Assembly (NCBI GenBank): GCA_030265395.1
Contig: JARFYF010000050.1
Span: 19,244,044 to 19,308,043 of the forward strand
Length of the DNA: 64,000 nucleotides
From: Rhina ancylostomus
Taxonomy: Eukaryota
Reading direction: 5' to 3'
Numbering within the stretch: the first letter of the stretch is position 1; the number at the start of each line of letters is the position of its first letter. A program made the translations under genes and the position numbers. Of the stretch, positions 54,100-64,000 are shown piece by piece. Below the pieces are notes generated by a model. That model was given only the letters and a program-made list of their open reading frames with translations, did not search any database and was not told where the DNA came from.

Positions 54100-54830
54100 T
54101 ATAGCTATTGCCATCTGGGCCGATGTTCATTGCCCATCCACAGCTGCCCTTGAGAAAGTAGTGGTGAGCTGTAGTTTTGATGTCTGTCAAAATGAATGTG
54201 CCCCCACAGTCCTGATACGTAGGATGTTCCAGGACTTTGATTCAGCAAAGTTGAACAAGTGACAGTACATGTTCTAGTCAAACTGTGTGCAACTTGAAGA
54301 CAATGTGGAGATTCCCTTGTGCTTGCTCCCTTGTCCTTTTGTACAGTTCTTGTACAGTTTACAAGATGTTGTTGAAGAAGATTTGTGGAGTTGCTGCAGA
54401 GTATCCTGTAGAAAGCAAATATTGAAGCTGGGCTCCAAAGGTGGCAAAAGAGGTGGATGGTGAAGTGCTGAACAAAAAAACCGCTTGGTCCTCTTGAGTG
54501 TTCCATCTGTGTCCATCCAGCTAGTGCTGGGTATTCCATTAGCTCCTGACTCAAGCCATGGAGGTAGTGGAAAGGCCTAATTAGTTCAGAAGATGTGCCA
54601 TTCACCATACAAAACCTAGCTTCTGACTTACGTAAGCAGTTTCTCCTTTAATCTGGCTGGTCCAGTTTCTGGTCAATGGTCACCTCCAAAATACATCTGC
54701 CAATGGTACTTCCATTAAATGCCACGGGGAGGTGGTGAGCTTTTTTCTTCTTGGAAGTACTCATTGCTTGGCACTCATACAAGAAAAATGCTCCTCTGCA
54801 TTTATCACTCTGAGCACATGGATTGCTTCA
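54100..54830 (-). mobile_element. Decayed LINE 3' fragment, same family as 14575-16620
   Basis: cattgcccatccacagctgcccttgagaaagtagtggtgagctg...ttccaggactttga. Confidence 0.6.
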
Positions 54831-55969
54831 TTATCTAAACAATTAAAACTAAAGTTCCATCAATTTAATCTGAAATTAATTAAAAGGTACATAAGGGTGA
54901 ACCTAAATTGACTCTAATTTTTCATTCACCAAATCAATGGGAAAGCAAGTGCCTCTCGATGTTTGTCTTGTCACAAGCCCAGGCTCATTAACAGTAGACT
55001 TTGAGAGATCAGCAGGGGTTGATGACTCGCACAAGGCTGGAGAATATATTACAGTGAGAAGATTTTTACTCAATGACTTTCAAGTACTATCTTACAAATT
55101 ATGATTATTATTAAATAATCAGAAACTAGTAGGCAGGGTGGACTTGCTTAAGTGTGTGGTGGATACTTTTTCTAAGTTTTTATGGCACTGATTCATGGCA
55201 TCATTAATGTGGTCCATCAAAGTGCAGTTGGGGTCACTATCCAGGAGTCACTGGCATCGGTTGTAGCACTTCACAAGGACTCAGTCATCGTGACAAAACA
55301 GGCCATGGGATTCTCCATTTCCAAGAGCTAACTAATCTCAAAGTAAAGCATTGATTGTGCTCCCTAGACGTGACACTTTATCAGTTCTCCTGCAGTTCTG
55401 TGGGAGTGCAAATGGCATGGGAAAAGTGCATGTTGCCCTCTCTCAGGATGACAGTAACACTGATTATGGCTGACATCCTCAGTGTGCTTGATTTCCTATG
55501 AGCTGAAGGCTCAGTTGCTGAGTTGATTCAAGAGAGAGAGATGGATAGAGTTTATGATATTGAAGGAATCAAGAGAAAAGGAGGCGAGTGCAGGAAAGCA
55601 GTGCTGAGGTGACACTGAATGATCCTGAATGGTAGAGGCCTGAATGTCTGCTCCTGGTTCTACTTCTGACGTTCCACTGAATGCTCAGTGTGAGAGAAGA
55701 GGAGAATGGTATGTTCTTGCATGCATGTAGAAGATAACAGGTGTGGCTGGTTCCTGCTGGCTGCACTTTTTGTTCCTCTCCATTGTTTCTTGCCTGCTCC
55801 TCTTCCTCCTACAGTTACAATGGCATGAAGCTCGTTGAAACCAACAGAAGTTTCAGCAGAGGGTTAATGTCCTGGCCTTCAGGCACTCGCCAGATGTCTT
55901 CAGAAATTTCCAACAGCCAAAGCTCATGGAGGGCTCCAAAACAACGGACAGACCACTCAAATGGCGATG

Positions 55970-56100
55970 AAAGAGACTGCAGGTGCTGGAATCTGGAGCA
56001 ATAAACAGTCTGCTGGAGGAACTCAGCAGGTCAGGCAGAATCTGTGGAGGCAGAGGGATGGCTAAAATTTGGGTCGAGACCCTGAATCTGTGCTGATGAG
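55970..56100 (-). mobile_element. Penelope-type half element
   Basis: agactgcaggtgctggaatctggagca...tgctggaggaactcagcaggtcaggcag...gggtcgagaccct, matching the arms of 44965-45177. Confidence 0.6.
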
Positions 56101-56330
56101 ATGACCATTTACCGAGCAGAAGCTGATCATCTCCTTTCAAGGTGCTTACAAAGATTGCTCACCCCATGTTTTCTGGGATTGATTTAGAATTGTTAAACAG
56201 AACAACAGGCCTGGAAACGGGATTTGGATTCCAAGGCAAACTCAGGCCTACATTTCTTTATTGTAGGTGGATGGGGGAGATGGGGATGGGGAAGTTGGGG
56301 GGGAGAGGGTTGGGAGAGGGTTGGCAGAGG

Positions 56331-56381
56331 GATATGAATATCTGGAATGAATATCTGGAATGTGATATGAATATCTGGAAT
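56331..56381. repeat. Short tandem repeat (atgaatatctgga) x3
   Basis: gatatgaatatctggaatgaatatctggaatgtgatatgaatatctggaat. Confidence 0.85.
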
Positions 56382-58849
56382 CATGCTCCACCTTCCAGCA
56401 ACTTCCCTGTGTTGAATTATTCCAAATATAAATTACCAACACCATAAACTTCTTTAAAATATTGGGGTTGAAAAGATTATTGCAGAGAAAGTAGTGTGCA
56501 TCTTTTTTGGTGCATTCAATGGGTGCAGTGGGTTGTGCTTGTGCCTCATTGGATAATCTGAAAAAGAAATAGAATATTGGTGAAAGCCTGGTTAAAATAA
56601 AATCTTAAGTGTGGCTGGATCATGCACAGAAATGTCACCGACATGTTTCCCTACATCTGTTGCCTGCAGAGCTCATAAATCACACATCACTGGAAACAAG
56701 TCAGATCTTAAAGAACACTCTCTTTGGGAGCCTCAGTACAACAGCATAAAAGGCAGTCACAGAGGTGATGAAATATTGGTGCAATGAGGGATGAATGGGA
56801 GACACGGCACTTTTGTGCTGTCTGCAAACCTCTCCATATATTATACTGGGCCAATGGACCTCTGTGCTAGTGACTGCGCCATGATGTCCAAAGATGTTAT
56901 GATCCCTTCATGTAATGTTTGTGGACAAAGTGGATATAAAAAATATGCCTAACAGAAACTGTGGCCAACACATCAAAATTCCAGCAGGGAGCCTTTATTC
57001 TGTGTCTCTTTGTTGATATATTAAATTTCTTGTTTTACTGTGAGTGAAAAATGCAGGTCATAAGTTGCACTGTTAAAATCCAATTTCATTTGGTGAATGT
57101 GGAAATGGCTGTTGTGTACTAGTTGAGGTCATTCAATGTGCAACTGATGCTGAGAAAACAGGATCATTAGGTGAAGTGTGCTCAGAAGTGCCCAGTCAAA
57201 TTTTCTGATGGTCACTAATCTGTCTACATGTGATCACTATCATAATCTAATGTTTGAAGTTAGTTTTCTGCACAAATGATGCACAGAAAGCACATGTCAG
57301 TAAGTCCAGCTTCTGGCACATAATTTCAAAATCAACACAATCACTTTAAACATTAACCAGCAATGAGAAAAAAACAATTTTTGCTTTCACAGCTAATTTG
57401 CAAAAGTGTCCCTGAATTTTGCATTAATTAAAATGGCAAACACTTTGGGGAATTAGCCTTCCATAAGCATGAAGGATTTTTAATTATTTTAAAATCTGCT
57501 CTATAAACTGAACTGTTGTGAATATAGTTCCCTTACATCTAAAATGCATATTGTGGGCCACTTGCATAAACTGGAGATTTACTGATAGCTTGTCTTGTCA
57601 CACTAGATTATGGTGCAAATGAGAGACAGATGGAAGAAGTAGTAACACCCTGCACTTTATTGAAATATTGCAGTACATTCATTGGAGCCAATCTTGGACA
57701 TACCTTACTGTACTATTGAGAGATTGCAGTAAACTCTTATACACAGTTGCTTTCTAATGGTTTTACACTGAATTCATTCACCAGTTACTCCGAGAAGCAA
57801 TTCCTTGCATCCTCTATGAATCAAACTACATCTTTAAATGCCTGATATTTAAATATGTCAATTACAACATCCAAGGATCAAGAAAATAAAACCTTTCCAG
57901 TTTGTTCGGATTTATTGGAAGATATTATATGTTATATCTCATGATTTCCTCTTATTTGGTGAGTGGAAGAATAAACAATGCACTAGAATGAAGTTAATGC
58001 TATGGCCAACAAACAACATTTACTTTTAACAAGTAAAGGAACAACAATGAGTACAAATAATACATTTATAAATCTTTCACAAAATATGCAAGATAGTAAA
58101 GCCATCTCTGCACTACTCTCAATGAAAAGCCCTACCCTTGAAAGATGGTCACTGATTCTACATGCCAATAACTATCACTTAAAGCTTCTGATTAGCTTCA
58201 TTTCTGATGTTATCAATCTAATCCTTGTTTTCATATAATACCTCCAAAGCAGTGCTCCAAATTCCCTTGAAGATACCCCACGACAAGAGACCACAATACT
58301 GTATTTCTCATTACTCTGTTTGGGCTTTTAAATATTCTTAAGATTCAAGGAGATGCCTGCCTAGACCAATATAGTTGCCAAATAAACTTATACTGTAAAC
58401 AGCCCCCCAGGGTTTCCATAATTGAATGGATAACATGATCGATTGATCAATTACAAAGACTTTAAAGCCAAAGACCATGAAGTAATCTAAATGATGTACA
58501 TAATTCTACAATGATCAAAACAAGCAGATTGATATTAGCATATTCTTGCATGTCATTTCCACATGTATTTAACGAACCACTGCCGTAAATTCTATGCAGA
58601 ATACCAAACCAGATGAAATCTCAAGAGCAGAGGTGCTGGGCTCCTTAATTTTCTTTCATTTGGGTTGTCTGTTCTGCAAAGGCTTCTTGGCATTCTACAT
58701 GCTTAATCATCTGCAAACTGACCAGACTGTTTGTATTGTTCTCCTAGTGGATTAAGTGGGAGTTCCTGGTTTACCAGGACATTTACAGTTCTTATTTTGT
58801 TGTTTTAAGTGGCCTCAAGAGTCTTCCTTTGGTATGAACACGGAGATAC

Positions 58850-59200
58850 ATTGAATTTACAGAACCAAAACAAGCTATTCAACCCATTTGAACCCATGTT
58901 TCTGATCTACACAAGCCTCTGTCTCACCCTGTCAATATTTTGTTTTCTTCCTTTCTCCTTTGTAATACTTACCTAGCTTCATCTAAATGTATCCAGGTTC
59001 TTCCTAAAAGTATTCAATTTGGTAGTAAGTTCCATATATCAACAAAGCTCTAGGTTAAACAGTTTCCACTGAATTCCTTTTGGGTGCATTAGTGACTATT
59101 ACATTTTCATGATACCAAATTTTGAACTTCCCCCAAGTGGAACCATCTTTTTCATACCTAGCCTATAAAACCTTCTCTCAATTTTAAAAGCCCCTGTTTT
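58850..59200 (-). mobile_element. Highly decayed CR1-clade 3' fragment
   Basis: acagaaccaaaacaagctattcaaccca...ttccatatatcaaca...tgaattcc, reverse-similar to the other CR1 tails. Confidence 0.45.
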
Positions 59201-61840
59201 GTGGCCAATAAAATTATTCTTTTCCAAAAGAGGGCCCCAGCTGGTGTGGTTCATCCTGGCAGTTGTAAAAATAGCCTATTCGATAAAAATGATAACACTG
59301 TGGCCTACTGATTAATCATCTGCGTCCATCCTTCAAATAGGCAGAAATCCCTTTCCTTCTGGGCACCCATCCATTCTGAGATAAGTGCCCAAAGCTACAC
59401 TGTCTTTTCTCAGCTATGGTTCCAGTGGTGGTTTGGCACTGATAACCAATGGGAGAAGAGTTTGCCTCTCATTGCATGCATGGAGCCTGACTGGTGGTGG
59501 AAGGAGAGGGAATTAGCTTTATGATTTAGGGGTGATTTGAATACCAGAGTTTACATGGAATAATTGTGTTTTTCATTCATGATTCAATTTGTGACAACTG
59601 TACAATTTTTTTCATTCAATAAAAGGTAAAAGGATATATCAAAAGTATATATCTAGTTAAGAATTTGATTAAATGGGAAGATTTTAATCTCCTCCACAAA
59701 ACAATAAATAGTTAAGAAAATAGGATTTAGGTATTCAATCATTATGGTGGCAAAATGTTCCACGATGAATATATGTTACAATTAACATTTTATGCTTTAA
59801 GAAAATATGTCAAACTGAAATGCTTTATTTTAGTAACAAATGGAAAAGTTAAAAAGAAACAAATTATGTTCCTGAATTCTTTGAAAAATAAAGCTTTCCA
59901 GTAACAGGCAGCAGTGCAGATCTTAAAGCAATCAAGAAATAAGTTGTAAAGCACCTGCTTCCCACTATATTAAACTGAGCCTTACTTATAAAATGCTTAT
60001 CATGAATAAAATAGAATGAAAATGATATATTGCAGATGGCATGAACTTCATAAATGAAGAGAGATGGAAGGAGATATCGGAAAGTGCCACAGAAATGGCA
60101 TGGATTAGTGATGATGGACTGAAGAGCCCAGGCACAGTATTTCAGGCACTGAGCACTGAATCAGAATCATTCCCCACTATAGACCGCTCAAGCTTTGAAA
60201 AGCCTGTCATGCACTTCTGAAATTCACAAGACAAATTTGCAAAGTCAATGAAATCTGCTAAAATGGGCATGTTCAGCCATCGCAACCTTAACCATTGCAC
60301 ATTCGGCACTAATCATGCTGAACTTATTTGAAAATGTATTTGGAACATACTGAGCGAAGTTATATGAAATCTTTTCAAATTCTTTAGTCTTACAATGACA
60401 AAAAGAGCAGAGATTATTCTGGTTACCTTTATCCTGGTAACAATCTACTCAAACCTCAAAACCTAAACGTTCATTTACAATGACACTACAGTGGACGCAT
60501 AAGGTGTTGTACTTATTTTCTCATGCCTACACCATTGACAAATGAATAATATTATATTTATGCTTGTCGATAGTCCTGAGCAATGTTCTGACTCCAGCTC
60601 CGACTACTTAAATGATATAGCATGCAGTTCTATAATAAATATTTAAAGTAACTTTGGTGCCTTAATTTGCTGTTCACTCTAAGCAATTGCACACATTGGT
60701 CAATACCCATTTGAACCAGTACTGATATCAATAAAAAATGTTATAAATTAGCAAATAATGTTAGAGGCATGTTGATTTTAATCTTAATGGGGGTCTTATA
60801 ATTAAGTATACTTTCTGTAGTATCAATACCCATACATTGTTGATGAATGTAGCACATTGCACACATCTCAGTTCTGCAATTGTATTAATCTATCATTAGT
60901 GGCAAGGATACTGTTCTACTGTATTTCAGAAGTCTCCAGCACTGTGATGCTGCAAAGGAAACAGCCTAAAGCCCCAGGGCATTTATATTCTTCATGCTTG
61001 CACCTAAGCCTGGCAAATTTCAAGCTGAAGAAATTGAATATTCTTATTATTCTGAAGAATTGTAGGTTAATTCCCATGGGATTCATTTAATATCTGAGTT
61101 TATTAGTGAGCCCATAGGTGGACACAAAAACCAATGGAAATGAACAACAACAAAACATCACAGTAAAGATAGCTTAGAACAATTGCAGAAGTATATTCTT
61201 CATAGTGAAAGCTTTCTACATATCTTTAAATAAATAATCACTTGCTCCTTTATCTTAGCAAAGCAAGTGGCGGAATTAGCTGAAATCACTTTTTTCTTTG
61301 GACAACAAGGCAGTGGGCATTTTAACTGTCCCCAGCACAGGAAGTGTTTGACATCACCATAAATGAAAAAAAGTACAAAGTGGCTGTGTCCTGTTTTGAA
61401 GACATATTTGTAAATCCATCGGCTTGATTTCTATTAACATCAGTAGTTTACAAAAATTGAATAATATCTTGTCCTTATGAAGTTCAGATTTTCTTGAATT
61501 CAACATTCAGATTTACCATGGGGAATGGTATTCTATTAAATCAAAACAGAGTTACTTGACTTCTCAGTGACTTTAATTCACAGTATTCATTGTCAGCAGA
61601 ACCTTACAGTTTTCTTTACATTGTTCACCTTGAATACTACAGCATCCTTAGCAAAGAAAGAATAAGGAGGACCACAGCAAGCACTGTGACTCCTTTGCTA
61701 TGTAAAGACACCTGTTTCACTCAACATATTAAGATATGGAAGATGAGAGAGGAAGAAATGGAAAACACACACTAACCAACCAATGGAAATGATGAGGTAG
61801 ACAATCAAAGTAGGGAAAAGAGAAAGAATTGGACCTGCAC

Positions 61841-61933
61841 CTCTATTTTACGGCCTTCTACGATTGTTCCATTTAATTTCTCCCGTGCCCTGTCCGCGTC
61901 AGCACTGGTTTCGAAAGTTACGAAACCAAATCC
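61841..61933 (-). CDS. RBFOX3: RBFOX3 93-nt RRM exon ([31 protein letters not shown]), containing most of RNP1
   Basis: Acceptor ctcttacctgcatgcag, donor GAG|gtgcag. FETS and LNGTIVEG are RBFOX3-type residues (RBFOX1/2 have FENS and LHGTVVEG). Confidence 0.97.
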
Positions 61934-61936
61934 CTG

Positions 61937-61972
61937 CATGCAGGTAAGAGAAAAGGAAAAGAGAGACATGCA
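61937..61972 (-). promoter_or_regulatory. Two RBFOX-binding UGCAUG elements bracketing the polypyrimidine tract of the 93-nt RRM exon (autoregulatory silencers)
   Basis: Minus strand TGCATGtctctcttttccttttctcttaccTGCATGcag|exon; sites at 61967-61972 and 61937-61942. UGCAUG at this acceptor is the established RBFOX autoregulation arrangement. Confidence 0.85.
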
Positions 61973-64000
61973 TATGATTATACAGGAAATAAGACCGTCT
62001 CTTGATACGCCAAGTACACTAGCTGGAACAGCAAGGTAACAAATTCAGTCTACAGGAGCACAGAACAACCAGACCTCAGAGTGTGAAAAGGCAGGAAATC
62101 TCAGAGTGAAAGAGATGGGTGGACCAATTGAAAACATATAACTAGATCATTCACACGTTTGCGGTAATTGTGCCTGCTGAGATCTTGTACTGGATAATTC
62201 CACTGGGGCCATGAGAATGTGTAAGGAGCCAACCTGGAAAGGAATGCTTTTCAGCCCAACATCTGCTCAAAGATGTTTCTTTACATTGCAGTCCTTCCTT
62301 TGGAATGTAACCAGTGAAATAAATTCCGATATGTAAGAGCATAGCATTTAGTCCTGTTACTTATGAACTGAAATACAATCACATTATGTTTTGGGGCATT
62401 TTGCAAAAGAGTGTCAAACAATTTCAAAAGTGATCCGAAGACAGCAACAGTTCCCAACTCCTGGAATTTTCCTTCTGTTGAAACTATATAATATGAAGTG
62501 AAAAAAATGTAAATTTAATTTATCAAAAGCAAATATAATTGGATAGGCTATCAATTGGTAGAGAAAGGCCATTAGATAGCTAAAGGGCTTGAGGAATCAT
62601 AGTTCTGCGGGATCTTAATTCCTGTTTTTGTCTTTGGATGCTATATCATGTATGACACACCTGTGGAAGAACCTAGGCAGAAACATCTCAGAGATTTTGT
62701 TTTGTCCTGTTTTTTTTTATCAGATAAGCTCATAGCTTCACATTGCTTATTGCACACTTGGCAATTCTAGCTCAGCTGTCTAACTCTGTTTGAAAGTTTG
62801 AGTGAAGGAGAGCCCAAGAGGTGTGCCTGTGTATCAGATTCATCCACAAGTGCTGGGTGAAGCCTCACCACAGAATCAGCACAAAGTGTAAGGTGCAGCT
62901 CTTGTGGTCCCTGAACACAAAAGGAGTTGGGTTAATCTCATAATGCTGCTCAGATCATGATCTTGCAGGGAACTGACTGCAGATGACAGCTCTCCACAGC
63001 AGTAAAGGGCTTAGGTTTGAGGAGCATATCTTCAGTCTGCTGCCCTGCATGAACGTAAGCAGATAATTGTTCAGCCAACTAAACAAGCCTAGTGTTGGAT
63101 CACTTCAGAGGATATTGGCTTTGTGGAATCCAAAAATTTCCAACAGTGGAGAGGAAAGCCAAGGGTTCTTCAAGTTCTCACTTTACTGCCAACTTTATCA
63201 ACACCTTCCCCCCTCCCCACCAATCTTTTTCAAGGTGGTTCAATGAGCTGAGGGGTCATCAATGGATGTTGTAGGTGAGTAGAGTTTGAAAGCTTTGCAG
63301 AGTTGAGACACATTTATTTTTAACAGTGTTAGCGATTTGTCCCTAAATGCTGAAGGTACCATGCCATTTGATAACCCACTTTGTTATGTCCACCTGCCTT
63401 AATTAATTTGTTTTTTTTTACCTGCCTTACATGTATAGAATTAATCACCCTGTAGATGCCAATATTATCAAGGAAAGGATAATGTCACTTTTGATAATAG
63501 GTATCATCATTAATGGGGTACAATGCAGGATTAAATCTGATCTGTTTCTTGCAGGATCATGTGATGCTGTGGTAAATTGAACTTTGAGACGGTAACAAGT
63601 CCAATTCAAGACATCAAATATCATCTTCTCAGCAAAACTGAATGTCTTGCTATATAAAAAGCATTAAAAATGGCAATGATTGCTGTTGCCCCTGGGTTCT
63701 AGCAATGGGATAATCAAGATTAGTTAATTAAAGTTTGCACCTAACAGGTAGTCATGGTTGAGATATAGCAACAACTGTGTTGACTTTCGTGAGTTTCTGT
63801 AAGAGCTGGAAGAAGTTAAAGATGGTAGTTACCAGGCACTTAATTTAGATCCTTTCTTCAGTGTTGTCACCATGTTTGCTGTTTTATAATCAACTAAAGG
63901 AACTTCAGTTGACAGGCTGCTAAAAATGATGGACTGGGATCAATTAGTTCCTTTGTCAAACTGTGGGCAGATAATACCAAAATGTTTTTGGTATCAGGCT

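Noticed and set aside
51171-56381. Short direct repeats (51171-51240, about 53000-53065, 56331-56381) as a CRISPR-like array
   Set aside because: Only 2-3 adjacent units with no unique spacers, in eukaryotic DNA. These are ordinary slippage duplications.

Overview
Vertebrate genomic DNA with no prokaryotic features. The repeat families suggest a cartilaginous fish, probably a ray or skate (inference). The window holds the 3' two-thirds of an RBFOX3 (Fox-3/NeuN) splicing-regulator gene on the minus strand. Eight short GT-AG coding exons (61933-61841, 52234-52174, 48131-48078, 31617-31485, 26148-26109, 18562-18498, 6572-6494, 3183-3139) total 570 nt and splice in frame to [189 protein letters not shown], followed by an AU-rich 3' UTR. 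The upstream exons lie beyond position 64000. Introns are filled with decayed LINEs, SINEs, MITEs and Penelope-type foldback elements carrying hammerhead-ribozyme-like cores, and almost all ORFs in the supplied track are spurious. The most interesting signal is a near-perfect long-range pre-mRNA duplex that would mask the 3' splice site of the NLS-encoding last exon, paired with a strong upstream alternative acceptor: a candidate RNA-structure switch for nuclear versus cytoplasmic isoforms. Also notable are an open alternative frame after B40 skipping, a possible M43-like relic exon, an ungapped 98-nt hairpin, a 330-bp inverted duplication and a promoter-motif-dense LTR-like insert. Repeat boundaries are approximate and repeat family names come from motif recognition, not database searches.
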